DNA of 64,000 nucleotides from Gemmatimonadales bacterium (lineage in GTDB: Bacteria > Gemmatimonadota > Gemmatimonadetes > Gemmatimonadales > GWC2-71-9), in assembly GCA_036558345.1 (NCBI GenBank), contig DATBFV010000157.1, positions 321 through 64,320 on the forward strand. The letters run 5' to 3'. A model generated the notes under the pieces. That model did no database searches. It saw only the letters and a list, made by a program, of their open reading frames with translations, and had not been told where the DNA came from. Below, piece by piece: positions 47,847 to 59,781 of this stretch (position 1 is the stretch's first letter; each line of letters begins with the position of its first letter). The position numbers were made by a program, and so were the translations under genes.

Positions 47847-48407
47847 CTAATGCTCGCTCAACAGTCGGCGAATCAACATTTCGTTACTCGGATCCTCCCA
47901 GTCGGCAGCGCCGATCACGCGCTTCACGATGACGCCGCCGCGATCGACGAGATAGCTCTCCGGCACACCAAAAATGTCGTAGGAATTGCGGATCCTGCCG
48001 GTGGGATCCTGCAGAATGTCGAACGTCAGACCGAGATTGTTCGCGAACGCCAGCACCTGCTCTGGGCCTTCCTGCTCGTGCTCGAAGAAGGCATCTCCGT
48101 CGACGCTGACGGCGGCAATGCGAAAATCTGTGCCGGCCAGCTTCCGGTGCAATTTCTCCATTGACGGCATCTCGGCGCGGCAGGGCGGGCACCACGTCGC
48201 CCAAATGTTCACCAGAACGACTTTGCCGCGATAGTCGTCCAACGAAGACGGCTTCTTGGTCCGCAGATTGGTGGCCTGGAACGCCGGTGCGCTGGATCCA
48301 ATTTCTACCGGATTCAGCTGCGGCCGCAGCTTGATCGTCAGCGCCACACCGAACACGGCCGTCGTCACGAGGCCCGAAATCAGCGTCCACTGCTGGCGGT
48401 TCGTCAT
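47847..48407 (-). CDS. TlpA-family thiol:disulfide oxidoreductase (membrane-anchored thioredoxin fold)
   Basis: WATWCPPCRAEMP active site and an N-terminal TM helix. Confidence 0.85.
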   Translation of the reverse strand: MTNRQQWTLISGLVTTAVFGVALTIKLRPQLNPVEIGSSAPAFQATNLRTKKPSSLDDYRGKVVLVNIWATWCPPCRAEMPSMEKLHRKLAGTDFRIAAVSVDGDAFFEHEQEGPEQVLAFANNLGLTFDILQDPTGRIRNSYDIFGVPESYLVDRGGVIVKRVIGAADWEDPSNEMLIRRLLSEH

Positions 48408-49075
48408 ACGGTCACCATACAGCGACGGCGGAGTTCCTGCAGCTCACGGCCGGGATCGGCGCTCGCGAAGATCGCGTTGCCGGCCACGAACGTGTCGGCG
48501 CCTGCGTGATGCGCTGCAGCGATCGTCTGCTTGGAAATGCCGCCATCGACCTCCAAAAAACAGCGTGCGCGGTGCGTGGTGAGCAGTGCGCGGGAACGCT
48601 GAATCTTCTCGTTTGATCCCGGCAAGTAGTTCTGTCCTCCGTATCCCGGATTCACCGTCATAATCAGCAACAAATCGAGATCGCGCACCACCTCTTCCGC
48701 ATGCACGAGTGGCGTCGCCGGATTCAGCGCGAGACCCGCCATCATGCCCTGTTTCTTGACGGAATCGAGCTGACGCTGCACGTGAATCGTGGCTTCGGGA
48801 TGGAACGTGAACACCGATGCACCGGCGGCGGCGAACGATTCGATGTAGTGCTCGGGCTCGACGACCATCAAATGCACGTCGATCGGCTTATCCGTGAGCT
48901 TGCGGAGCGTTTCGATCATGTTGGCACCGAACGTGATACTCGGGACGAAACGCCCGTCCATCACATCCACGTGCAGCCAGTCGGCGCCGGCCTCGAGAAC
49001 CCGGGTGACCTGGTCCTTCAGTTGCGCGAGGTCGGCGGACAACACACTCGGTGCGATTCGAATACCGTTCGTCAT
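48404..49075 (-). CDS. rpe: ribulose-phosphate 3-epimerase
   Basis: IAPSVLSADLAQL...HVDVMDGRFVP signature. Confidence 0.9.
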   Translation of the reverse strand: MTNGIRIAPSVLSADLAQLKDQVTRVLEAGADWLHVDVMDGRFVPSITFGANMIETLRKLTDKPIDVHLMVVEPEHYIESFAAAGASVFTFHPEATIHVQRQLDSVKKQGMMAGLALNPATPLVHAEEVVRDLDLLLIMTVNPGYGGQNYLPGSNEKIQRSRALLTTHRARCFLEVDGGISKQTIAAAHHAGADTFVAGNAIFASADPGRELQELRRRCMVTV

Positions 49076-49833
49076 TGCGGGCTCCGTGCCACGACGATGT
49101 CCACCACCGTGCCCGGGGCAGCGAGCGTGCCGGCGGCCGGACTTTGCGCGACGACCGTTCCCGGCGAGGCGTCCGCCGTGCGGCGCCGAGTCACGGTGCC
49201 GAGCTGCAGGCCTTCGGTCTCGAGTCGGGTGCGCGCGTCGGCAGAGGCCATGCCGAGCAGATCGGGAATCGGAATCGTCGGCGCGCCGCGGCTGACGACG
49301 ACGGTCAGGCCGGCACCTGGTGCCAACGGGGTGCCCGAGGGCGGCCGGGTCATCATCGCAAGACCGGGTGCGGCGGCGGCGGCTTGCACGGACTCCACCT
49401 GACTCACGACCAGTCCCGCCGCGGCGACCAGTGACTGTGCGAGATCGCCATCGAGATTGGACACGTCAGGCACCGGAATCTTGGGCGGCCCCGCGCTCGA
49501 GATGAGCGTGATCTTGGTTCCTTCGGGTGCGATCACGTCGGGCGGCGGATCCTGCCAGACCACGACGCCGGCCGGCGCGGTCGCGTGCGGCTCCGCGCCC
49601 CCGTCGCTCACTTGCAGCTTTGCTTTCTGAATTTCGGCCTGCGCTTCTGCGACCGTGAGGCCAAGGACGCGCGGCACCGCATGGTGGCCGGGAAGAATCG
49701 GCACGCGGAAAAGAATGAGATACGCCGTGAGATATCCCGCGAGCACCATGCCGGCGCCCATGCCGAGCCATTTCCAGAGGTGCGCATCGAACTTGATTTC
49801 CTGAATCGGACCAAAGTGGCGCCGAACTCGCAT
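49072..49833 (-). CDS. membrane-anchored PASTA-repeat protein (no kinase or transpeptidase domain)
   Basis: Short N-terminus, TM helix GMGAGMVLAGYLTAYLILF, then three PASTA-like repeats (VPRVLGLTVAEAQ..., VPDVSNLDGDLAQ..., IPDLLGMASADAR...). Confidence 0.7.
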   Translation of the reverse strand: MRVRRHFGPIQEIKFDAHLWKWLGMGAGMVLAGYLTAYLILFRVPILPGHHAVPRVLGLTVAEAQAEIQKAKLQVSDGGAEPHATAPAGVVVWQDPPPDVIAPEGTKITLISSAGPPKIPVPDVSNLDGDLAQSLVAAAGLVVSQVESVQAAAAAPGLAMMTRPPSGTPLAPGAGLTVVVSRGAPTIPIPDLLGMASADARTRLETEGLQLGTVTRRRTADASPGTVVAQSPAAGTLAAPGTVVDIVVARSPQ

Positions 49834-51176
49834 CAGCCGTTGGTCCGGACAAGCCGCGCCGCGTACGCACCGTCGATGCAGTGACGCTGCGGCAGCGACA
49901 GGAAATCGCCGGCGGCGGTCAACAGCTCCGCGGGTACGGCATCGCGCACCGGCGCGCGTGAAAACTCACCATGTGATTTCAGGAATCTCTCCACAACCTG
50001 TTCATTCTCCTCCGGCTCGAGCGAGCACGTCGCGTAGATGAGCAGTCCGCCCGGACGCACGAGGCCTGCGGCGGCCGCGAGCAGCCGTTCCTGCCGTTCC
50101 GCCATGCGCGCAAAGACCGCGGGATGCAATCGCCCGCGTGCGTCGGGATGGCGCCGTATCGTACCGGTCGCACTACACGGTGCATCGACGAGCACTGCGT
50201 CGGCGCTTCCCGGCCGGAGCGGCGCCGCCTCAAGATTGGCGGCAACGCACCGAATCGCCACTCCCGCGCGGCGGGTCGTATCGGCAAGACGACCCATGCG
50301 CTCGTGCCGGGCGTCACCCGCCAGAACCCTCGCGCCCCGGGCTTCGAGGGCGACGGCTTTGCCGCCTGGCGCTGCGCAGGCGTCGTAGACCATTTCTCCG
50401 GCCGGGACAGCTGCGTAGGCGGCCACAAGCGCATGGGCGGGGTCTTGGACGATGAATCCGCCTTCCGCGTAGCCTGGAAGGTCTCGGGCTATCGGGGACC
50501 GGCCATCGGCTATCGGGTGAAGGCGAATGCCCGCGTCAAACGGAGCGACCTCGGACCTGAGACCTGCTTCGTGGAGTCGATCAAGCAGCGTGTCCTGATT
50601 CCACCGCGCGGGCTGGATGAACAACTCAGGCTTCCTGTCATTCCATTCTATTAGCCGGTTGGCCTCTTCCGCACCGAACCGTGATTTCCACCGGGCAATT
50701 AGCCAGTCCGGATGCGATTGGGTATTACCCGGTAGCCGATAGCCGGCAGCCGATAGCTTCCGCAACGATTGATTGACGTACCCCGTCACTCCCTCGCCCA
50801 CCGTCTCTCTCGCCAAGTCAACCGACGTCGAGACCGCAGCATGACTCGGCACCCGCGTCAACCAGCGCAGCTGATAGGCGCCGAGGCGAAGAACGTCGTG
50901 CAAACGGGGATCGGCGCGATCGAGATCGAGGACTGTATCCAGCTCGCGTTGGCGGCGTAACACACCGGCCGAGAGCTCGTAGGCCAGGCGGCGGTCGCGC
51001 TCGGGCAGACCCTGGAGGTGCCGGTCGCGCGCATCGGCCAGCGGTTTGCCTGAACGGACTTCGCGGAGAATCTCGAGTGCGGCGCGACGTGCGTCCCTAA
51101 TCCAGCATCCCCTTCGTCGGCGAGGACGGCATCGCGACTTCGCGGCGCGGCATGCGGCCCGCGAGAAATGCGGCAC
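49833..51176 (-). CDS. rsmB: 16S rRNA (cytosine967-C5)-methyltransferase
   Basis: NusB-like N-domain (ARRAALEILREV) and the SAM MTase motif DACAAPGGK. 51176 is the only canonical (GTG) start and overlaps thiG by 80 nt. Homology suggests a start near ATT 51099-51101. Confidence 0.85.
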   Translation of the reverse strand: MPHFSRAACRAAKSRCRPRRRRGCWIRDARRAALEILREVRSGKPLADARDRHLQGLPERDRRLAYELSAGVLRRQRELDTVLDLDRADPRLHDVLRLGAYQLRWLTRVPSHAAVSTSVDLARETVGEGVTGYVNQSLRKLSAAGYRLPGNTQSHPDWLIARWKSRFGAEEANRLIEWNDRKPELFIQPARWNQDTLLDRLHEAGLRSEVAPFDAGIRLHPIADGRSPIARDLPGYAEGGFIVQDPAHALVAAYAAVPAGEMVYDACAAPGGKAVALEARGARVLAGDARHERMGRLADTTRRAGVAIRCVAANLEAAPLRPGSADAVLVDAPCSATGTIRRHPDARGRLHPAVFARMAERQERLLAAAAGLVRPGGLLIYATCSLEPEENEQVVERFLKSHGEFSRAPVRDAVPAELLTAAGDFLSLPQRHCIDGAYAARLVRTNG

Positions 51177-51894
51177 GGCCCGCGATCGTCGCCATCCGCA
51201 TCGCGTGCGCCATCGCTACCGGGTCCTGCGCTGCGGCGATGGCGGTGTTCATCAGAATCCCGTCCACGCCTTGCTCCATCGTGACACAAGCATCGGATGC
51301 CGTGCCGACGCCCGCATCCACGATCACCGGCACGTGGAGCCGGCGCTTGATCGTGCGGACGCTGAACGGATTGAGGAGGCCGAGCCCCGAGCCGATCGGC
51401 GACGCGAGCGGCATCACAGCCGCGCAGCCCGCGTCCTCGAGCCGCAGCGCAGTCACCAGGTCTTCGTTGGTGTAGGCGAGCACCTTGAAGCCTTCCTGCA
51501 CCAGCACCTTCGCTGCCTCGAGCAATCCGGCGACATCGGGCAGCAGCGTCTCTTCGTCGCCGATCACCTCGAGCTTCACGAAGTCATTGAATCCCGCCTC
51601 ACGCGCGAGACGGGCATAGCGAATGGCGTCGGCAGCGGTGTAGCAGCCGGCGGTATTGGCGAGCAGGAAAATCTTTTTGGGGTCGAGGAAGTGCAGGACG
51701 CTCGATTCCTTCGACCGGTCGAGATTCACGCGCCGCACCGCGACGGTGACCACCTCGGCGCCGGACGCCTCGATCGCCCGCACCATCGTGTCCATGTCGG
51801 GATACTTGCCGGTGCCGACCATCAGCCGCGACGTGAATGTGTGCCCGCCGATCGTCAGCGGCTCGTCGTGGATCGCTTCAACTGCGGTTGTCAT
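51097..51894 (-). CDS. thiG: thiazole synthase
   Basis: FTSRLMVGTGKY ... NTAGC ... typical ThiG motifs. ATGA overlap with thiS. Confidence 0.9.
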   Translation of the reverse strand: MTTAVEAIHDEPLTIGGHTFTSRLMVGTGKYPDMDTMVRAIEASGAEVVTVAVRRVNLDRSKESSVLHFLDPKKIFLLANTAGCYTAADAIRYARLAREAGFNDFVKLEVIGDEETLLPDVAGLLEAAKVLVQEGFKVLAYTNEDLVTALRLEDAGCAAVMPLASPIGSGLGLLNPFSVRTIKRRLHVPVIVDAGVGTASDACVTMEQGVDGILMNTAIAAAQDPVAMAHAMRMATIAGRAAFLAGRMPRREVAMPSSPTKGMLD

Positions 51895-52088
51895 CCGCCC
51901 CCCACAAAGTGCACGAGCTCGATGGCATCGCCCTCGGTAACCGTCACGTCGGCCAGGCCCACCCGCCGCACGATCTTGCGATTGTGCTCTACGACCACGG
52001 CCCGCGGATCGAGCTCCAACTCGGCGAGCACATCCAGCAAGGTGCCGCCTCTGATCTGCTTCTGTTCTCCGTTGATTACGACATCCAT
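51891..52088 (-). CDS. thiS: sulfur-carrier protein ThiS
   Basis: 65 aa, ubiquitin-like, ends in GG. Confidence 0.85.
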   Translation of the reverse strand: MDVVINGEQKQIRGGTLLDVLAELELDPRAVVVEHNRKIVRRVGLADVTVTEGDAIELVHFVGGG

Positions 52089-52690
52089 TCTCGCATCCTC
52101 CCTGCTGCCGCCCGCGGCTCGGCATCATCCCACAACGCGCGAATCGCCGCGATCCCATAGGCGCCGCAGTCGCGCACCTCGCGCACCCGATCGGCCGTGA
52201 TGCCGCCGATCGCAATGACCGGTAGCTCACCCGCGGCGGCGACAATCTGCTTGAGGCCTTCGAGCCCCAGCGGCGCTCGCCCCGGGTGTGACGCCGTAGC
52301 GAACACCGGCCCTACAACAAGATAGTCGGCTCCCTCGGCTCTTGCGGCTTCGGTTTCCGCCAGGGAATGCACCGACTTGCCGATCCACCACAGCGGGTTG
52401 AGGGCACGCGCCGAGCTCACCGGTAGACTGCCGTGACCGAGTTGGACACCGGCCGCCGGGACAGCGAGGGCCACGTCGAGCCGGTCGTTGACGAACAACG
52501 GCGACGGAAGGACGGAAAGACGGAATGCCAGGTCGTAGTGCTCGAGTCCCGTCAGCTCGCGCCCACGCGCGTGAAACGCGAGATCGCCGCCGCCACCGTC
52601 GGCAAGCGCGCCGGCGACCGAAGAGAGATCGGGCCGTCGCGCGATGCGTTCGTCCGTGATCGCATGCAGCCGCGGCAGCGGAGGCCTCAC
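52076..52690 (-). CDS. thiE: thiamine-phosphate synthase
   Basis: LHAITDE..., GADYLVVGPVFAT and IAIGGI motifs. The GTG overlaps the fmt TGA. Confidence 0.85.
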   Translation of the reverse strand: MRPPLPRLHAITDERIARRPDLSSVAGALADGGGGDLAFHARGRELTGLEHYDLAFRLSVLPSPLFVNDRLDVALAVPAAGVQLGHGSLPVSSARALNPLWWIGKSVHSLAETEAARAEGADYLVVGPVFATASHPGRAPLGLEGLKQIVAAAGELPVIAIGGITADRVREVRDCGAYGIAAIRALWDDAEPRAAAGRMREWMS

Positions 52691-53646
52691 GTGAGCTTTG
52701 TGCCCACCTTGATGTGCGCGCCCCGCAACCAGTCCGCGACAAGCATGCGCTCTTTGCCCGCGGGTTGGACTTCAGTGATCTCGACGCTGCCGCCGGCGAG
52801 ATCCTTGAACGGCCCGGTGGCGATCACCAGCGACGTGTCCGATGAGATGATCTGGCCAGGCGCGGCCGTACCGGCGAACGGCGTCTCCATCACCCTCGGG
52901 TTGAACAGTTTGATCTCTTTGCCGTTCAGCTCGGTCCATGCACCCGGCCTGGGATCGAGACCACGAATCAGCCCGCTCACCGCGCGAGCATCCTTGGTCC
53001 AGTCGATGCGCGCCGTCTCGCGCGTGAGCTTGGGCGCGTACGTCGCACGCTCGTTGTTCTGCGGCACCGGCTGCGGCGGCGGATCGCTCGACTCGAGCAT
53101 GGCGAGCGTTTCGATGAGCGCCTGCGCGCCCATTTCGGCCAGATGTGCCGACAGCTCGCCCGCGGTCACGTCCGGTTCGATGCGGTGCGGGAGCTGATGC
53201 AAGATCGGACCGGAATCCATGCCGCTGTCGAGCTGCATGATCGTCACGCCCGTTGTCTCGTACCCGCGGATGATCGCCCATTCGACCGGCGCGGCGCCGC
53301 GCAGCTCCGGCAGCAGCGACGGATGCACATTGATCATTCCACGAGGAGGAAGCTCGAGCAGCGCGGGCCTGAGGATGTGTCCGTACGCGACGACGACACC
53401 GGCATCGGGGCGCAGATCGCGTAACGTCTGGAGAAAACTGCTCTCCGTCGGTTTGGTGGGTTGCAACACCAGCAGCTCTTCGGCTTCGGCCGCGACTTTG
53501 ACCGGCGGCGGAATCAGTTTCGAGCGCGAGCGACCGTGTGCGGCATCTGGCTGCGTGACGACTGCGACGACGTCGAATCCCTCACCGACGAGCGCGCGCA
53601 GCGACGGCACCGCGAATTCCGGAGTCCCGAAGAACGCCACGCGCAT
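52687..53646 (-). CDS. fmt: methionyl-tRNA formyltransferase
   Basis: MRVAFFGTPEFAVPSL, HPSLLPELRGAAP and a C-terminal OB-like domain. The start overlaps the def TAA by 1 nt. Confidence 0.9.
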   Translation of the reverse strand: MRVAFFGTPEFAVPSLRALVGEGFDVVAVVTQPDAAHGRSRSKLIPPPVKVAAEAEELLVLQPTKPTESSFLQTLRDLRPDAGVVVAYGHILRPALLELPPRGMINVHPSLLPELRGAAPVEWAIIRGYETTGVTIMQLDSGMDSGPILHQLPHRIEPDVTAGELSAHLAEMGAQALIETLAMLESSDPPPQPVPQNNERATYAPKLTRETARIDWTKDARAVSGLIRGLDPRPGAWTELNGKEIKLFNPRVMETPFAGTAAPGQIISSDTSLVIATGPFKDLAGGSVEITEVQPAGKERMLVADWLRGAHIKVGTKLT

Positions 53647-54190
53647 TACAGCTCTCCCGCCGGCTCCGGCGTAACCTCCTTCACGTACCCCGTCTTTCCC
53701 TTGCGCGACTTCTTCCATTTGGCGAGGAGCAGGCTGCGCTTCACCGCGCTCAAGTGATCGAGAAACAGGATGCCGTCCAGATGATCGATCTCGTGCTGGA
53801 TCGCGCGCGCCTTGTAGCCGTGCGCCTCGACCCGAAACTTCTTGCCGTCCCGGTCCAGCGCCTCCAGCACGATATGCGCAGGCCGCTCGACATCGCCGAA
53901 GATGTCGGGAATGGACAGACAGCCTTCCTCCGCGGTTTCGAGCTCATCGCCGCGGTCCAGGATCACTGGATTGATGAGCGCGAGTGGCGGTGGATCCTCG
54001 TCCCCGATGTCCACGACGGCCACGCGCTGCGCGACGCCGATCTGATTGGCAGCGAGACCCACGCCCTTGGCGGCACGCATCGTCTCGAACAGGTCATCCA
54101 CGAGCTGGCGGACGGCGTCGTCCACTCGCGCGACGGGCGGTGATTGCTGCCGCAGCACGGGGGAGCCGAGCACGTGGAGCGTCCGGACCG

Positions 54191-54194
<4 letters not shown>
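53646..54194 (-). CDS. def: peptide deformylase
   Basis: GVGLAANQIG, EGCLS and QHEIDHLDG motifs. Confidence 0.9.
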
Positions 54195-56680
<2,486 letters not shown>

Positions 56681-56681
<1 letters not shown>

Positions 56682-57712
56682 TAACCGTCGAAGATACTTG
56701 CCTGCTCCGCCGATTTGGGAGGAACGAATCCGAAGTGCCGGTACGCAGCCGGGGTGGCGACGCGTCCGCGCGGGGTGCGCGCGAGAAATCCCTGCTGCAT
56801 CAAGAACGGCTCGTACACCTCTTCCAGCGTGCCCGGATCTTCGCCGACGGCGGCGGCCACGGTCTGCACTCCGACCGGCCCGCCGTCGAACATCTCGATG
56901 ATCGCCTTCAGAATGCGCGCGTCCATGTCGTCGAGCCCGAACTCGTCGACATCGAGCCGCTTCAATGCCTCGACCGCCACGGCGGCCGTGATCTTGCCGC
57001 CCGCGCGTACCTGCGCGTAATCGCGGACGCGCTTGAGCAGCCGGTTCGCGACGCGCGGCGTACCGCGACTGCGGCGCGCAATTTCCGCGACGCCGGCCGC
57101 GTCCGCGGCAACGCCGAGAATGCCGGCCGAGCGTGTGATGATCTGCACGAGATCGTCGGGAGGATAGTAGTGCAGCCGCTCGACCAGGCCGAAGCGCGCG
57201 CGCAGCGGCGGTGTGAGCAACCCAAACCGCGTCGTCGCGCCGATCAAGGTGAAGCGCTCGAGTTGCATCGGCAGCGTCTGCGCGTGCGGCCCATCGGCGA
57301 TTCGCACGTCCACGCGATACTCTTCCATGGCCGGATAGAGGAACTCCTCGAGCGCGGGCCGCAGGCGGTGCACTTCATCTATAAAGAGGATGTCGCCCTG
57401 CTTGAGGCCGGTGAGCATACCGACGAGATCGCCTGGGCGCTCCAGCACCGGCCCGGATGTCGTCCGGATGTTCACGTCCAGCTCCCTGGCCATGAGCAAC
57501 GCGAGCGTGGTCTTGCCGAGGCCGGGCGGTCCAAAGAAAAGTGTGTGGTCGAGCGGCTCCTTGCGTTGTTTGGCCGCGTCGATGGCGATCTGGAGCGACT
57601 CTTTCACTTTGGCCTGGCCGACGAACTCGTCGAGGCGCGAGGGCCGCAACGCAGCGTCGGTGAGGCGCTCGCTCTCGAGCGCCTCGGGTGTCGTTATTTC
57701 CGCGCGAGCCAC
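56681..57712 (-). CDS. ruvB: Holliday junction branch-migration helicase RuvB
   Basis: [12 protein letters not shown] and [11 protein letters not shown] (Walker A). GTG 57712 gives an N-terminus the length of E. coli RuvB. ORF-track start GTG 57793 would add an Ala/Arg/Gly-rich extension overlapping the small upstream ORF. Confidence 0.9.
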
Positions 57713-57921
57713 GAGTCCGACCCGCGTCCTTTCGGCAGTGCGCGCCAGCGCACCGGCCGCGGCTCCGCCTCGATGATGTGCGTCGTATGGCACTGAAGGC
57801 AGGTGTCCTCAGCGCTCCTCGCGCCTGCGGGGACGAGCCGGCGATTGGTCGATCCGCAGCGCGCGCAGATCCATTCGGCGGTGATCTGACCGGCCGACAT
57901 GTCGGGCGATGGTTGGGTCAT
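57694..57921 (-). CDS. small zinc-ribbon-like protein (75 aa) between ruvA and ruvB
   Basis: The ATG overlaps the ruvA TGA (ATGA at 57918-57921). Contains CARCG...CLQCH. High third-position GC by my reading. Confidence 0.5.
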   Translation of the reverse strand: MTQPSPDMSAGQITAEWICARCGSTNRRLVPAGARSAEDTCLQCHTTHIIEAEPRPVRWRALPKGRGSDSWLARK

Positions 57922-58508
57922 CGGGTTGTGAGAATCTGGAGTGCGCGGCGCACGAGCGTCTCCGTTTCCGTCTCGGTGCCGTTGCCCGCGAGGGCCTGGC
58001 GAATGGCGCGATCGGCCTCGGGCATGCCATAGCCCAGTCGCTCGAGTGCTTTCAACGCGGCTTCGGCGCCGGCCGGCACTGCTGTAGCGGGCGCCTCGGT
58101 GAAGTCCTCCACCTTTTCGCCCAGCTCGAGCGCCAGGCGTTCCGCCGTCTTGCGACCGATCCCGTTTACGGATGACAGCAGCGCAATGTTTTTCTCGCGT
58201 AACGCGCGCGCGCCGCGCTCGACCCCAAGCGTCGAGAGGACCGCGATGCCGATCTTTGGCCCCACGCCGCTGACGCTGATCAGGCGCTGGAAGAATTTCC
58301 GCTCGGCCTCATCCAGGAATCCGTACAACGACCAGCCATCTTCTCGCACCACGAGCTCGGTCGCCAACGTGATGTCCGCCCCGATGGCCGGCAAGCGCTC
58401 CATGACTCCGAGTGGCACGGCGACTTCGTATCCGACCCCCCCGGGCGTCTCGACGACGACGCGATCGGCGGATTTTGCGGCGAGCCGGCCACGAACGTGA
58501 GCAATCAT
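57918..58508 (-). CDS. ruvA: Holliday junction DNA helicase subunit RuvA
   Basis: MIAHVRGRL...VVVETPGGVGYEV and HhH motifs (ISVSGVGPKIG, VNGIGRKTAERL). Confidence 0.9.
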   Translation of the reverse strand: MIAHVRGRLAAKSADRVVVETPGGVGYEVAVPLGVMERLPAIGADITLATELVVREDGWSLYGFLDEAERKFFQRLISVSGVGPKIGIAVLSTLGVERGARALREKNIALLSSVNGIGRKTAERLALELGEKVEDFTEAPATAVPAGAEAALKALERLGYGMPEADRAIRQALAGNGTETETETLVRRALQILTTR

Positions 58509-58981
58509 GAGCGCAGGATGTACGTGAGGGCCGCGGCAACACCATCCGCCGCGTCCGCAGGCTGAGGCGCGGACTTCAATCGCAGCAGGTGAGCCACCAT
58601 CGCGCCCACCTGATTCTTCTTGGCACCGCCGGCGCCCACCACCGTCTTCTTGATCATCGCGGGCGCGTACTGCGCGATATCGAGCCCTTGCTGCTGCGCC
58701 GCGAGCAGAATCACACCGCGCGCATGGCCGAGCACCAGCGTCGTGCGCACGTTTTTATGGTAGAACGCATCCTCGAGCGCGAGCACCGAGGGCTGATGAC
58801 GTTGGATGAGCCTGGCGATTTCCTGGTGCAGCTCGGCTAGTCGATGAGGCAGGGAATTGGTTCGCGCGAAGCGAACGACACCGCATTCGATGAGACGGCC
58901 CATCCCGGGAGAACCATTCCCGGTTTCGATCACGCCATAACCCGTGACCTGGGTACCGGGGTCGACGCCCAGGACCCTCAC
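58505..58981 (-). CDS. ruvC: crossover junction endodeoxyribonuclease RuvC
   Basis: RVLGVDPGTQVTGYGVIE N-terminus, 158 aa. GTG start. Confidence 0.9.
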   Translation of the reverse strand: MRVLGVDPGTQVTGYGVIETGNGSPGMGRLIECGVVRFARTNSLPHRLAELHQEIARLIQRHQPSVLALEDAFYHKNVRTTLVLGHARGVILLAAQQQGLDIAQYAPAMIKKTVVGAGGAKKNQVGAMVAHLLRLKSAPQPADAADGVAAALTYILRS

Positions 58982-58982
58982 G

Positions 58983-59729
58983 TCATCCCGTCACCGCCGC
59001 CATTGCCTCGGCGTCGATATCGAAGTTGGAAAAGACCTTCGCGACGTCGTCCATTTCTTCGAGCGCCTCGACCAGCTGCAGCAACCGTTTCGCGTCGCCG
59101 CCATCGACCTTCACGGTGTTCTTGGGCACCATCGAAATCTCGGCGCTCTGGACGGGCAGCTTCTTGGCCCGCAGCGCCTGATCGATGGCGTGGAGCTGCG
59201 CGGGTGGCGTCGTGATGACGTAGATGTCGCCCTCTTTCTGCATATCGTCGGCGCCGGCGTCGAGCGCCACTTCCATCGTGGCGTCCTCGCTGGCCTTGCC
59301 GTCGATGACGATCTGCCCTTTGCGATCGAACATCCATGCCACGGCGTTCGACGCGCCCAGGTGACCGCCGTGCTTGCTGAAGATGTTGCGGATCTCGGCC
59401 ACCGTGCGGTTCGGATTGTCGGTGGTTGCCTGAACGAGGAGCGCCGCTCCACCTGGCCCGTATCCTTCATACGTGACCTCTTCGTAGGTCACGCCCTCGA
59501 GCTCGCCAGTCCCCTTTTTGATCGCGCGATCGATGTTGTCGGCGGGCATGTTCTCGGCCTTGGCGGCGTCGATCGCCGTCCTGAGCCGCGCGTTGCCACC
59601 CGGATCGCCGCCGCCGGCCTTCGCGGCGATCGTGATTTCGCGAATCAGACGCGTGAACATGGCACCGCGCTTCTGATCGGTGACCGCTTTTTTCCGCTTG
59701 ATTTGTTTCCACTTACTGTGACCAGCCAT
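58983..59729 (-). CDS. yebC: YebC/PmpR-family transcriptional regulator
   Basis: MAGHSKWKQIKRKK N-terminus. AGGAG lies 5 nt upstream of the ATG at 59729. Confidence 0.9.
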   Translation of the reverse strand: MAGHSKWKQIKRKKAVTDQKRGAMFTRLIREITIAAKAGGGDPGGNARLRTAIDAAKAENMPADNIDRAIKKGTGELEGVTYEEVTYEGYGPGGAALLVQATTDNPNRTVAEIRNIFSKHGGHLGASNAVAWMFDRKGQIVIDGKASEDATMEVALDAGADDMQKEGDIYVITTPPAQLHAIDQALRAKKLPVQSAEISMVPKNTVKVDGGDAKRLLQLVEALEEMDDVAKVFSNFDIDAEAMAAVTG

Positions 59730-59781
59730 GTCAACTCCTGCTCTCACGCAACAACATCCCACATCGCACACCCAACTTACA

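Noticed and set aside
52690-52760. TPP riboswitch upstream of thiE.
   Set aside because: thiE overlaps the fmt stop, so the upstream sequence is fmt coding sequence with no room for a roughly 100-nt aptamer.
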